Counted from the first letter of the stretch, positions 1 through 13,497 are shown. The stretch is 64,000 nucleotides of DNA from the human T2T-CHM13v2.0 reference genome, Homo sapiens (GCF_009914755.1 NC_060927.1), one strand, 5' to 3'. A program made the numbers and translations. The notes: generated from the letters alone by a model not told the origin.

Positions 1-858
1 GACAGAGTGTGCTGTGAAAGATAAAGATGATTTGCTTTGACTTTCTATGTCAGCCGGCGCCTTGGTTATCGAAGGTGCCTGGGGACAAAGATATGAGCAT
101 ACAGACCTGTTCTGCAAATCCACAAAGTCTAGATTCTGCAGAGATCTTGCTTTATTTATTTACTTCAGAGCAAGAGTGTTAAGAGAGGCAGAGGAAATAA
201 TAAAGGGGAGGGAAGAAAGCCTAATTTTCTCATACTTCTGTCGAAAGACAGACTTGAAAAAAGATTATAATAATTATGCTCAGGAAAGCATGTGGTGTTG
301 ACAGAGAATAGGACTGGAAGTGGAATGGTAATTATGTCAGATTCAGCTGAAGCATTGTGCAGGTTCTAGAATCCTGGTGCCAGTAACTCAGCTCATTATT
401 GTACACACTCTGTTTTTCCTGGGGTCAAATGGAACCCAATATAATTCTAGGCAATTAATACCTGTTACAATAGAGTTTGACCATAATATGGTCATGTCCT
501 GTGCACCAGTACTACAATTATTCAAGAAGGTTATGTGACTATTTGTTTGCACTTACAATTAGTGATAACTTCATAATTAGGGATAATCTTCTAACCACTG
601 CAGTGTAGACAGCTGAGTGTTATGGTCAGGAGACAGGCTGAAGTTAATTGACAAGAAAATGTTTAGCTTCTTGAAGGCAAGGATGATAGCTTTTTATTTT
701 CTGTGCCTTTTGCACCCAGAACACTGGTTGGCACTTGGGAGGCAGAGAATTTGGAGGCAGAGAATTTGGAAGAGGAAAGCATGGTGGGCAGGGTGAAGAA
801 GGAGGAAGAAAAGGAAGGAAGGAAGAAAGGGAGGAAAGAAAGCTGATCTGAGCTCTAG

Positions 859-908
859 ACCAGTGGTTCTCAATTCTAGCTACATATTAGAATCACCTAG
901 GGAGTTTT
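859..908. mobile_element. MER5-type (hAT-Charlie) DNA transposon, left part; continues at ~2626-2733 after an L1 insertion
   Basis: CAGTGGTTCTCAA...CATATTAGAATCACCTAGGGAG start; continuation TTTAAAAATGCCAATGC...CAGCCAAGTTTTGAGCACT at 2640-2730. Confidence 0.65.
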
Positions 909-914
909 CTGTTT

Positions 915-2622
915 TAGGTTTTAGAGTGTAACACACACAAACAGAAGTACCCACATTGTCAGTGTGCAGCTTGATTGACACATCACAAGAAACAGAACAC
1001 CACTGGCATCTCAGAAGCTCCTCATGTGTCCCTTTCCAGTCACTACCCCAAGTAAAGGATAACTACTCTCTGGAATTCCAACACTACATATGAGTTTTGG
1101 CTGTTTTTGAAATTTATGTCACTGCCGTAATACAGAATATATTCTTCGATGTCTGGCTTCTTTCACTCGACATTTTGTTTGAGATTTTTTCGTTTTGTTG
1201 TATGTATATTAGCATGTTTATTCTCATTGTTTATAGTGTTCCTATGTGTGAGTATAAAACATATCCATTCTACTCTTGATAGGCAGGGAATTGGTTCCTT
1301 TTTCATTTTTGACTGTTTCGAATAGTACTATGGTGAATATTTTTGGGCATGTCTTTTGGTGTGCATAGGGACATTTGTATTGGGGATGTATTTCTGTTGG
1401 GAGTGGAATTTCTAGGTCACAGGGCATGTATGTGTTCAGCTTTAACATATATTGGCAGTTACTTTTCCAAAGTGGTTATAACCACAGTACATGTGTACTT
1501 CTGGTGTGTAAGAGTTTCACTTGTTCCATATCTTGTTCATACTTGGTTTTGCATGTCTGTCATTGCCATCATTTTGGTAGGTGTGTTACTAGTATTACTT
1601 GGTAGTTTTAAGGTGCATTTGCTTGATGATTAATGAAGTTGAGTACCTTTTCCTGTGCCTATTGATCATTTGTTTAACCACTGTTTTAAAATCATTACTC
1701 TAGTCTTTTGTCCAATATTCCTTTGAGATTTTTGTCTTTTTCTTCTTGATTTGTAGGAGTTCTTAATACATTGTGAATATAAGTCTTTGTTGGATATATG
1801 TATTGTAAATCTCCTCTCTCACTCTAAGACTTGTTTTTTCACTTAATGCTATATTATGACGAAAAGACCTTCTTAAGTTTAATATAATCTTCTTCATCAG
1901 ATTTTTCCTTTCTGGTAGAGCTTTTAGTGTATATTCATGAAATTTTTACCTATTCTAAGGTCATAGATATATGATCTTACCTTTTTTTCCCCAAAGCTTT
2001 ATTATTCTACCTTCTTTATTTAGATATGCAATACATTTGGGACTAGCATTTGTTTATAGTATCAAGTTGGAGTCAAGATACAGTTATATTTTCCACGGGG
2101 ATGTCCAGTTGACCTAGCTTCATTTATCTTTCCCAACTGTACTGTAGTATTTTTTCATCAAAAATCAGGTGACTAATTATGTGTGGGTTTGTTTCTGGAG
2201 TCTGTATTCTGTTCCATCTTTCATTTCGTATATCCTTGCACCAGTACCTACCACACTGGCTTAACTATTATAGATTGATAATAGGTTTTGTTATATAAGT
2301 AAGTGTAAGTCCTACAGATTTGTTCTTCTTCAAGACTGTCTTGGTTATGCTTAGATCTTTGCATTTCATTCTGATTTTATCATCATCTTGTCAGTTTATG
2401 CCAAAAACAACATACTGAGATTTTTAATTGGGATTACATTGAATATATAGATCAGTTTGGGAGAACTGACAACTTGGAATTTTGTCTTCTTTGTATTCAT
2501 ATACATGGCATATTTACTTAGGTTTTCTTGTATAATGTTTTATAGTTTTTAGTGGTAAACAGTCTTGTGTAGCTTTTGTTAGATTTATTCTTTGGTATTT
2601 GATACATTTGATGCTACTAAAT
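915..2622 (-). mobile_element. Old LINE-1 (L1ME-like), 3' UTR and ORF2 3' part
   Basis: T-rich antisense L1 sequence (GTCTGGCTTCTTTCACTC, GGAATTTCTAGGTCACAGGG, TTTAATTGGGATTACATTGAAT); highly diverged. Confidence 0.8.
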
Positions 2623-3661
2623 GGTACCTGGGTTGCTTTTTAAAAATGCCAATGCTTATGCCATGTGGTCTAGAGATTCTTATATAATTAGCTTTAGTAT
2701 TGTAATACACAGCCAAGTTTTGAGCACTTCTATTGTAGATGTATCTTTTTGCCTGCTTAGGCAAATCAGTTGACCCTTGGAGCTATCATTTTATTATTTA
2801 AAAACATGCAATAAGATTATCTGCCTCACCAGTTCAAGAATATTCTGCTTTTAATTTGATGCTGAATGTAAAACTCAGAAGCATTATAATTTGACCTAGA
2901 TGCTTTATTTTTAATGGTAGATGGCAAAATTAACTTTATTTATAAAATATGGTAAAACTGAACTAATTTGATTTGATCACATTAGCCTGAGGCCTCAAAA
3001 CTCTGAAGAGTAAAAATAGCAGTCATCAAGACTATGTGACTTTTTCCCTTACTCATAAGCAGCCCCTCCTATGTTTCATAGGCCCTGTTTATGCTTATGT
3101 TCTAAACAATTCTAGCTAGCTTGGTTATCAGAATTTCCAGACTTCAACATAATAGAAAGGGAAAGAAGAATAGTATAAAAGCAAGACCACCAGAGATAAA
3201 CCCATAAACTTCAGAAAAGCACCTGTGACAGAAACAGCAAAGACAAAAGAGCTTAAAAAATAGAAGGCTGGGGCCATTTAGTGTAAGCGTAGGAGCAAAA
3301 TGCATCAGGGACATAAAATTGGAGAGGATTATTTTATTACACACAGTTTCATATGTAGTTATCAGTATTTAAGCTTCATATTAGCACCAAAAACAAAATG
3401 CTGTGTGCTTTTTTCAAAGATGGCAGAAAAATGAGTAACATATTTCAAAGAATTTTCAAAAAGAATAACTAAGGTAGAATTTTGGCTTTTCTGCTCTCTG
3501 AAAAATACACTAAAATGGTATTGCTCATCTCCTGGAAATATTAGACAAATGGTATTTTCATTTACCACCTCTCATTGGGTAAAGAGGTAAGCCCTTTCAA
3601 ACCTGTCTCATTCTATTACACTTTATGAGAAAATGCTATTAAATACCACCTGCACAGCTCT

Positions 3662-3663
<2 letters not shown>

Positions 3664-3692
<29 letters not shown>
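3664..3692. repeat. (TG)n microsatellite, ~14 units
   Basis: Perfect TG run seen directly. Confidence 0.97.
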
Positions 3693-3694
<2 letters not shown>

Positions 3695-4029
3695 GAGGTG
3701 GAGGGAGGACATCTGAAGTCATCTCTTGAAGAGTGAGTGTCCCAGATTTAACCCTTTTCTTTATAGCCTTATTTGTCATTTAGATGGTTTCGACTTAATG
3801 GTTATGATCTTGCCTGACTCATTCATTTGATTTCCCTACGTTGTCTTCAGAAGCAAATTTGGAAGCAGAATATTTCCATGGGAAACTGAATTATTTTTCC
3901 CTGGAGCTGCATTTCACCAATTTCTGCCCCAATACCTCTATACCAAATTCTAAAATAGAATGATCAATATTGCTTTTTTTCTGTAAAATTAGACTCCATG
4001 AAGCCATTATTTATCGCATAAGAAGCCGG

Positions 4030-4200
4030 AGCACATATTTGCTCACATTGAGATAAACTAACCCCGGATAAAAGTCCCCCACAATATCTGGGAAAATCCC
4101 AGGGATCTGGCTGACAGATGTTGCTTTGTGCCTACAAATAACAAACACATCTGCAAGAGCCAGACCTTTGAGCATTTCTCTGCTTGAAATCAGCAAACAC
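4030..4200. promoter_or_regulatory. Candidate enhancer motif cluster (NF-kB, GATA, E-box, forkhead)
   Basis: GGGAAAATCCC 4090-4100; AAAGTCCCCC 4071-4080; AGATAA 4051-4056; CAGATG and CATCTG; AAATAACAAACA; non-repeat sequence; motif evidence only. Confidence 0.3.
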
Positions 4201-4502
4201 TAATTCAGTCAACAAATATTTATTCAGCTATCTACTCTGTGTCTGAGGCTGGAGATAGACATCTGGTCAACCGAATCATGGCTCTGACCTATAGGCCTAT
4301 GAGACTGGGTTGCCAATTACCACACTGTAAAAGTTTCCCAGTGTTAGCATTACAAAGAAATCTACTCAACATTGGAGTTGCTCTATTTGCTGATTGAAAG
4401 AAGCCTAGTGCCTTAGAAGAATTGAGATATGGTTCCTCAAAAGGTTTTCTTAGCTGTAATTTGGGATGGCAAGTGGCATATTACTGAAAGCCATCTGGTT
4501 TT

Positions 4503-4735
4503 GTGGCTATGATCACAGACTCTGGAGCATGACTCCTGGGTTCTGGTCTCAGCACTAGCACTACCACTTACTAGCTGTGTGATTGCCTGTCCGTTTATAA
4601 ACTTCTTTGGTTCTCGGTTTTCTTATCTATCAAATGGGAGTAACATTAATACCTTCCTCATAGTTTGTTGCTAAAATGAGTAAACGAGTTAATATATGTA
4701 AAGCATTTATGCAAGTGCCTGGTTCTTAACAAGCT
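4503..4735 (+). mobile_element. MIR SINE
   Basis: ACAGACTCTGGAGC...TTACTAGCTGTGTGA...TCTCGGTTTTCTTATCTATCAAATGGG...GTGCCTGG. Confidence 0.8.
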
Positions 4736-4744
4736 ATCACACGC

Positions 4745-4970
4745 AGTGGCATACGGGTGGGAGAGGCTGTGGATGTGATATGGCCCAGGGGTGGAGAGAA
4801 GTATTTGATTGATAACACTGTTTAGAATTTCTGATGCTCGATGATAACAAATAGGCTGATTTTAGTCCAGTTCATTATTGTTTTTAAATTGCTCACAGGC
4901 AACACACCCTCTTAGTGCCAGCACCTGGGCAGTCTGCACCTGTTTCCCCCAGCCCCCCAACACTAGGTCC
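4745..4970. mobile_element. Probable hAT-Tip100-like DNA transposon remnant
   Basis: CAGTGGCATAC-like terminus, G-rich left and C-rich right subterminal regions around an AT-rich core; family not certain. Confidence 0.35.
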
Positions 4971-5074
4971 ATCAGGACCATTTCTCCATTTAAAGAAGTT
5001 GTTTTCTCCACATTTATCATCAAAATCTTTGGCCTTTAAATTATAGGCTGGTGACTATGCATAAAAAATTACTT

Positions 5075-5560
5075 CAATAACTAACACTCACTAAACATTT
5101 TCTATGTGCCAGGCATGGTGTCAGTTTCTTTAAATGCTATATTTCATTTAATCCTCACATAAATTTTATGAGGCAGATAACTCATAATCCCCATTTTACA
5201 GATGAGGAAACTGAGGCTATAAAGCAGGATTTTTCCAATCTTGGCAATATTGACATTTTAGACTGGATGATTATTTGCTGTGGAGGCTGTCTTGTGGATT
5301 GTAGGATGTTTAGCAGCATCTCTGGCCTCTACCCACAAGATGCTAGATTGTGTCAGACTGTCAGCTGTGAAAACAAAAAATGTCTCCAGATATTACCAAA
5401 TGTTTCCTGACAGTAGGGGAAAGGGGGGTAGTAAACCTCATTCCTCACTCTGTTAGAGAACCACTGTTATAAAGGATAAGTAGCTTCTCCATCTTCTCTC
5501 AGCTAGAAAACAAGAGAATTAGGTTTTAATTCAGGCAGTTTTGACCATATGTACTATTAC
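5075..5560 (-). mobile_element. MIR SINE interrupted by MER20
   Basis: TGTGCCAGGCATGGTG...CCCATTTTACAGATGAGGAAACTGAGGC; continues after 5474. Confidence 0.8.
5225..5466. mobile_element. MER20 DNA transposon with 8-bp TSD
   Basis: TGTAGGATGTTTAGCAGCATCTCTGGCCTCTACCCAC core; ends GAGAACCACTG; TSD CTATAAAG (5217-5224) / TTATAAAG (5467-5474). Confidence 0.9.
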
Positions 5561-5573
5561 ATTCTCATCCAGT

Positions 5574-5738
5574 GCAGTGCGGTCTCAAATTGTTGTCCTG
5601 AGACCAGAAGCATCAGCATCTCCTGGTATTGGAACTGTGAATTCTTGAGTCTTGCCTCAAACATATTGAATTAGAAATTCTGAGGGCAGGATCCAGCTCC
5701 GAGCAATTCTGAAATATGCTAAAGTTTGAGAACCACTG
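5574..5738. mobile_element. MER5A-type DNA transposon
   Basis: CAGTGCGGTCTCAAA...AAAGTTTGAGAACCACTG terminal inverted repeats. Confidence 0.8.
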
Positions 5739-5746
5739 GTGTCCTT

Positions 5747-5950
5747 CAATGTTTCTCAACGTTGGCTTTACATTAGAATCACCTGGGGTAGCTTTAAAAA
5801 ACACTGATCTTCAGAACTTATTTCAGACCAGCTGATCAGAATCCCTGGTGTTGGACCAAGATAATCAATGTCTTTAGGGTTTGTTTTTTTTTTTAATTTT
5901 TAAGCTCCCCCTGGTAATTGTAATGTGTAGCCATAGTTGACAGTCATTGG
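5747..5950. mobile_element. MER5B-type DNA transposon
   Basis: TTTCTCAAC...ACATTAGAATCACCTGGGG...AAGCTCCCC...TAATGTGTAGCC. Confidence 0.7.
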
Positions 5951-7851
5951 TCTTGTGGGAAAAGTACTGTCTGTTCAGGACCAGGGCTTCCAGTCTCCAT
6001 CCAAATCAATCTTGGACAATATTCTTACTCTTTCTGGGCTGCAGTTTCCTCGTCTTTAATATAAAAGTGCTGGATTAGATGCTGCTTTCATTTTCTGGCT
6101 TACATTCCCAGGGGCTAAACTCCTTGTATTTTAAATGATTAATCATCTCCATCTGACAGTGACCCTGGATAAATTGCTTATTCTTTTTGTGCTTTGATAT
6201 TTTCATCTATAACTGAAGAAATACTGGTGTTGGTTAAAAAAAAAACTATATAACTAAGACAGACAGAATTCTGACCAAGAAAGCACAAAAGAGATGAGCC
6301 TTCTCATTCTGTGGTTTGGTACTTTGCAACTGACTGAATTACAGAGCAAGTGGTCTGGTTCTTTTAGCTCTGCCTGCATGGGCTTGATGTGGGCACCATG
6401 ACAGTTGGTACTGTGCCACCCAGGAGATTCAGAGGAGATTTTACAAAAACAAACACAAAACCTCTTCTGTAGGCAGTCTGGGTAGACTATGCTGTTCTGG
6501 GTGGGGCAATAGCTATTATCCTGGATAAATATTCCTATAGGAATTTTAGATAGGAGCAGATGACAGAGATCCACACCCCAATCCCTAAAATACTGAGGTG
6601 TTGTCCTAGGCAACCTGGTTAAGATTTCTTCCTTTTACATTTGTGCGATGCCCTCTATTTTTCCTTCTCAAGATGTTCGTGTAGTGAGAAATCGGGCTGT
6701 ATGGATGCAATGCCAAAAGAAAGAAATGAATGGAAGCCGTTTTCATTGTCTTCTTGAGAAAGAGATGAAATAAAAAGGGAGAAAATGGAGTAAGGGAAGG
6801 CCCATGTAGGTTCACATTGGCTTTTTCATTTCTTCCTTTAAATAAAAACATAACCAGAGCTAATGTTCTCATATACTGCTAAAGGAAATTCATTTCCAAC
6901 AACGGAATAGCAGTAGAAACTCTCCAGAGGCAGTGCCCAAACTTATGTGCATGAGAATCTCCTAAAAAGCATGACAAAATAAAAGTCTCAGCTTTCCCCA
7001 GAAATTCCATTTTAACAAGTGTCTAAAGGTTTCTGAGGCTTCGGTCTGAGGAACACTTCTCTAAAACCACTTTTCTATGAAAAGGTTATCATTGCAAATA
7101 TTATATTGCATTGGTAATTTAAGTTACCTATAATTTCCGTCTATGTGACCCTGGATGAATAGCTTCCCTTCTTTGTGACTTGGTTTTCTCATCTGTAAAC
7201 TAGAGAGAAATACTGGTATTGGCAAAGAGCATATGGCTTGGTAAGAGAATTGAAACTGTTTTAGTCCTTCTCCTTTATTAGCTCCTTAGCTACCTGGTGG
7301 CAAGAACTAGATCGTACGCTGGTAAATAGCTGGCACTTTAGACATGTTTGCCAAATGAATGAATGGACAAATTCTTGTATGAATGAATGAATACAAATGA
7401 TGGGATGGCAGAAGCCTTAGAGCACTTTTTCCCCCCTTTGCTAAAGCTTGTCATCAAGACTTCCAAATTGTGTTAATGTTACTAGCCCATATACTTTACC
7501 ACCTCACCTTCCTAGAGAATCCAGATAATGAACACTATCCTTTGCTTTCTTTGAAAAACCTGTTTTTATTTTCCAGATCACAGTGGTGAACAATTCTTAG
7601 TAATAGTGACCTGATCATATATTAATAGACATGAAATTATTAGACTGCTGAGCTATGTGAAATTCTTCTCAGTTCACACTGGTCCCCAGGCAACCAATTA
7701 CACATTTTTTTCTTGCTTTAAAATAGGTGATTTAAAAAGCAAGTATGGTTGAGAAGCTTCTCTTTCATTGGTATATCTCACTCTTTTAACTCTACCCTCT
7801 GATGCAAGGATCACATTTGCCTTTTTTTATAACAGTATATTTAAAAGTATG

Positions 7852-8395
7852 TGTATGGAATACTACTTGGCAATAAGAAAGGAACTGACTGCTAATGCGC
7901 ACAGCTTGGATGGATCTCAAGGAAATAATGCTGAGTTTTAAAAGTCAGTCTGAAAAAGTTACGTATTGTATGATTTCATGTGTTTAGCATTCTTAAAATG
8001 GCAAAAGTATAGAGATGGAGAATATATTAGTGGTTGCCAGGTGTTAGGAAGATGGGAAGGGAGGGGGGTGGCTATGGCTGTGCAAGAGGTAGCGTGAAGG
8101 ATCTTTACAGTAAAACTCTTCTGTATCTTGACTGTGGCAGTAGTTATATGAAATCAACACAGATGATAAAATTGCATAGAAGAAAATATACATCCACATA
8201 CATAAATGAGTATGTGTAAAACTGGTGAAATCAGAATCAGATGTATTAATTATATCAATATCAATTTCCTGGTTGTGTTATTGTACTACATAGAAACATA
8301 AGATGTTACCATTGGAGGAAAATTGGGGAAGGAATCTCTGGATTACTTTTTACAACTGCATATGAATTATTTTGAATTATCTCCAAATAAAAGTA
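7852..8395 (+). mobile_element. LINE-1 3' UTR fragment (L1MC/L1MD-like)
   Basis: ATGGAATACTACTTGGCAATAA...TGGATGGATCTCAAGG...TTAGTGGTTGCCAGG...ends AATAAAAG. Confidence 0.8.
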
Positions 8396-9796
8396 TATAT
8401 GTGTTATATACATGTCTATTTATGTATATCTGTATGTATACACACAATACATGCATATTAAGTAAACCCCATTTACGCAGTCGTCTTAAGAAAGTAGTGT
8501 CATTATACCTCTAATGGGTCTGCATCCTTCTCCCTGATGCCAGTTTCCCTTCCTCACCTCCAAGAGAAAACACTATTCTGAATTTTGTGGTTTTCATTCT
8601 CTTGTTTAAAAATAATTTTAACACTTGTATGTACAGGAAAGATTTTACCAGTATAGCTTGAAATAATAAAAAGCTAGACATAATATAAATGTCCACCAAA
8701 AAGAAAATAACTAGTAAGTTGTAGTCAATTCATACAAAGGAAAACTAGGCACGAGTGATATAAACTACAATTATATGAATCAACAAGATTGAATCTCAAA
8801 AATATAATTTTGGGTAAGAAAACTAGTAGCAGAAATATATCTGTATGATTCCATTTATATAAAATATAAAACCTGTGTGCAGCCAAAAATATTGTTTAGG
8901 ATAAGCCATATTGCAATTTTACTTTAGAAACTGAATTATCAAAACTCTGCAGCTTTGGAGGAATGTGGGAGAATTGGATCAATTATCTTTAGGATGATCA
9001 TGGAAGTGTCATATATATGGCTTTTAGAATGTTTCTCCTAGTGACCCTGGTTTTATTTTTAGAATTGGCTTCACTTCACTAGAGAATGATTTGAAATGGA
9101 AATGGTGTAATTTCTTCCATTTCTGAGAAGTCATTTGAAAGATAGTGCTGGTTGCCACTTGAAATTTTCTTTACTTGTTCCAGAGTGATAAAAAAATCAC
9201 CCAAAGTTCATCTCACTGGATGGCTTGAAGAGTATCTTTTTATTTTGGAGAGGAACTGAGAACCTAGGTAACACATCATGTGGACTATGCAAATGCTAAA
9301 TATCAGTCACTATTATGTGAGCAAGATCTAGCTAGTACAGATGCTGATATGCATTGGTACAATTTTTAAAAATCATCGGTTTGTCTTTTTCAATATCTGC
9401 CTTTTTATTTCCTCTGAGGATATGTATTTCTGGGGCTATGACTACCTTCAGGGTTAATGATATAACAGAAACACTAGTAGGAGACTCATTAATATTCTAA
9501 AGACTTTACATATATTGACTTACTTAATCCTCACAACAACCCTGTGGGGAGCGTGAGGCTCATGCTCAAGATCAACACAGCCGGCTATAGGCAGAGCTAG
9601 GATTTAACCCCAGGCAGTCTGTGCTCACAACAGTTATAGTCAACTATCTATACAAAGCTAAAGACATATTTGTGTGTTTAATGTGTAGACATTTTAAAAG
9701 AGATAATGGAAAAGGTCACTGTAAATGGTGAACAATCTGAAACATATATTTAACACACACGACTTTATAATTCTTCAGTTCATTAAGCTCACTCTC

Positions 9797-11700
9797 TTTT
9801 AAAATTGTTTTTAATTTTTGTGGGTACATAGTAGGTGTATATATTTATGGGGTACATGAGATGTTTAGATACAGGCATGCAATATGTGATAATCACATCA
9901 TGGAAGATGGGGTATCTATCCCAAGTATTTATCCTTTGTGTTATGAACAATCCAATTTTACTTTTATTTATTTTAAAATGTACAAATAGTTATTGACTGT
10001 AGTCACCCTGTTGTGCAATTAAATAGTAGGCCTGACTCATTCTTCCTATTTTTTTGTACCCATTAACTATCCCCACTCCCTCCCATCCCCCTACTACCCT
10101 CTCCAGCCTCTAGTAATCATCTTTCTACTCTTTATCTCCATGAGTTCGATTGTTTTGATTTTTAAATCCCACAAATAAGTGAGAACATACAATGTTTGTC
10201 TTTCTGTGCCTGGCTTATTTCACTTAGCATAATGACCTCCAGTTCTATCTATGTTGTTGCAAATGACTGAATCTCATTTTTTATGGCTGAATAATGCTCT
10301 ACTGTGCATAAGTACCAAATTTTCTTTATCCATTCATCTGTTGATGAACACTTAGGTTGCTTCCAATTTTTGGCTATTGTGAACAGAGCTGCAATAAATA
10401 TGGCAGTACAGGTATCTCTTTGATATACTGAGTTTCTTTCTTTTGGGTGTATACCCAGCATTGGAACTGCTGGATCATACAGTAGCTCTATTTCTAGTTT
10501 TTTTGAGGAGCCTCCAAACTATTTTTCATAGTAGTTTGTACTAATTTACATTCTCACAAACAGTGTACAATGGTTCCCTTTTCTCCATATCCTCGATAGC
10601 ATTTGTTATTGCCTGTCTTTTGGATATAAGGCATTTTAACTGGGGTGAGATGATATTACATTGTAGTTTTGATTCGCATTTCTCTGACGATCAATGATAT
10701 TCAGCAATTTTTCTTCTGTCTGTTTGCCATTTGTATGTCTTCTTTTGAGAAATGTCTATTCAAATCTTTTGCCTGTTTTTTGATTGGATTATTAGATTTT
10801 TTTTCCCTGTAGAGTTGTCTGAGCTCCTTATATATTCTGGTTTTTAATCCCTTGCCAGATGGATAATTTGCAAATATTTTCTCCTGTTCTGTGGGTTGTC
10901 TCTTCACTTTGTTGATTGTATCCTTTGTTGTGCAGAAGCTTTTTAACTTAATATGATCCCATTTGTCTATTTTTGCTTTGGTTGCCTGTGCTTGTGGGGT
11001 TTTGCTCAAGAATCTTTGCCCAAGACCAATGTCCTGGAGATTTTCCCCAATATTTTCTTGTAGTAGTTTTATAGTTTGAGATACTAGATATAAGTCTTCA
11101 GTACGTTTTGATTTTATTTTTGTATATTGTGATAGGTAGGGGTCTAGTTTCATTCTTCTGCCTATGGATATTCAGTTTTCCCAGAACCATTTATTGAAGA
11201 GACTGTCTTTTCCCCAGTTTACGTTCTTGGCACCTTTGTAAAAAATGAGTTCACTGTAGGTGTGTGAATTTGTTTCTAGGTTCTCTATTATGTTCCATTG
11301 GTCTATGTATCTGTTTTTATGCCAGTACCATGCTGTTTTGGTTATTATAGCTCTCTAGTATAATTTGAAGCCAGGTAATGTGATTCCTCCAGTTTTGTTC
11401 TTTTTGCTCAGAATAGCTTTTGCTATTCTGGGTCTTTTATGATTCCATATAAATTTTAGGATTGTTCTTTTCTAATTCTATGAAGAATGTCATTGGTATT
11501 TTGATAGGGATTTCACTGAATCTGTAGGTTGCTTTGGTAGTATGGACATTTTAACAATATTGATTTTTCCAATCCATGAACATAGAATATTTTTCCATTT
11601 CTTAGTGTCCTCTTCAATTTCTTTCATCAGTGTTCTATAGTTTTCATTACACAAATCTTTCACTTCTTTGGTTAATTCCTAGGTATTTAATTTTATTTGC
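9797..11700 (-). mobile_element. LINE-1 L1MA2/L1MA3-like, 5'-truncated (3' UTR + ORF2 C-terminal part)
   Basis: GTGGGTACATAGTAGGTGTATATATTTATGGGGTACATGAG 3' end; ORFs 10701-11153 and 10249-10461 translate as ORF2p pieces ([12 protein letters not shown]; WKQPKCSSTDEWIKK). Confidence 0.92.
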
Positions 11701-12339
11701 AGTATTTAAGTAGTATTTATGTTTGTGAAGATGAAGCAGGAAGGTTTGCTAACTAGAGCTGTTTTCTTATAATCTCACTAGACTTTTGGCTTCCCTAGGC
11801 GGAAAAAAAAATCATTATAAAATTGATCCTTAAAAAGCTCATGGGAAAAAAGATCTTTAATGAGCACCTATGACAAGAAGCAACAGTAGTCAGGAATCTC
11901 TGTTTTTAACAAGTACCTTTCCTCTGACCCTGCCCAATTAATATGCTTAGTTATAGTTAAGAGCAGTATGTCAGTTAACTGTGCTTCCCAAAGAGAGATC
12001 CTTGAATGGCCAGAGCCAGAGTCATCTAAGGTGCTTGTTAAAACATACTTTCCTGGGCCTCCTGAGTCAGATTCTCTTAAGAACTCTCACATGGGAGGAT
12101 CACTCTTTTAGAACAAGCTCCATCTTCAGATGGGGAGATGTGGTGAGAAATAGTCCCCATCTATGAGCAGAGTAGGGACAGGGTGTATAGTACTAGTAAT
12201 ACAGACATTTTCTTCATTCCAGTTGAGATTGATTACCTTTTTATTGGCCTCAAAATTTTTTCGCCTGTGAAATGCCAGTTACTTCCTTATACCAGATTCT
12301 ATTAGCTTATTTGAAATTGGCAGATGTTACATATTTTGT

Positions 12340-12540
12340 ATTCAGCATCTGGTAAATATTTATTGAGCATGTACTATGGTGCCAGAGGCAGTTCCAGGCA
12401 CTGGAAATACAACAGTAAAAAATGGCAAGTTTCCCACTGTCTTGAATGTCTGTTCTATTGGCTTGTGGGGAACCGACAATAAAGTACAAAATAAATGCTA
12501 TAATGTTAGACTTTCATAAGTACTATAATGAAAATTATCT
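12340..12540 (-). mobile_element. L2 LINE 3' fragment
   Basis: AAATATTTATTGAGCAT...TTCCAGGCACTGGAAATACAACAGT. Confidence 0.65.
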
Positions 12541-13159
12541 CAACATAATTAGAAAAAACTAACTAGTGCAAAGGGAATAGTTTGTTTCCTGAAACCAATC
12601 ATAGCAAGTGCCTTTGGAGACAAACTTTGGTTGAACAAGCCTGCAACTGGATAGATAGATAGTAGATAGATATAGATATAGATATTACAAATCACTTTGC
12701 CCAGGACTTTGCTACAAAATGGGAAATAATTAAAAACATGAAAAACCAAGGTGTCTATTTTCTGAGTTATTCAGATTGAGTTGAGACATGCTATGTTTGT
12801 GTATAAGTTTAAGGTGGTTTGAATGGCAGGATTGAACAGCGTGTACTAGAACTTTGGTTCAGAAAATAGTGTCACTATGAACTAAAACAATCGGGTATAA
12901 TCTAAGTGATGATTTGACTAAAATCAGAGTTTTAATCAGGATTTTCCTCCATTAACAGGATGAAAATGCATAGGAAGAATATTCTAGGAAGATAAAAAGG
13001 ACAACATGAGCAGAGAGACCATGAGCATGGAGTGCCACCGTGTAGCACTGCACACGGTGGAAGGGTTTGGGAAAACGGAAACAGGAGCAATTCATGCTCT
13101 CTTCACTTTCTGTTTGACTCTCCATCCTGTCTTTAGTTCTCTCTTTTTTTCTTTAAGTA

Positions 13160-13497
13160 TTTTTTCTTTCTTTCTTTTTTTTTTTTTTTTTTTTCAGAGG
13201 CAGGGTCTCACTCTGTCACCTAGGCTGGAGTGCAGTGGCGTGATCATGGCTTACTGCAGCCTCAAACTCCTGGACTCAAGTGATCCTCCTGCCTCAGCCT
13301 TCCAAGTAGCTGAAACTATAGGCTATTCCCAGCCACTGCTCACTGCTAATATTTAATGTATTTTGTTGTTGTTGTTGTTGTCGAGATGGAGCCTCACAAT
13401 GTTGCCCAGGCTGGTCTCAAACTCCTAGCCTCAAGCAATCCTCCGCCTCAACCTCCCAAAGTGCTGGGATTAAAGGTGTGAGCCACTGTGTATGGCC
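13160..13497 (-). mobile_element. AluJ SINE
   Basis: Poly-T then AGGGTCTCACTCTGTCACC...GATCATGGCTTACTGCAGCCTCAAACTCCTGG (J-type positions). Confidence 0.93.

Noticed and set aside
738-770. Short tandem duplications (15 bp x2 here; ~12 bp x2 near 32371, 43049 and 47880)
   Set aside because: Ordinary slippage or indel products; no repeat-spacer structure, so not CRISPR-like.
10249-11153. ORFs of 150 and 70 aa (also 26259-26510 and 61357-61686)
   Set aside because: Decayed L1 ORF2p fragments.
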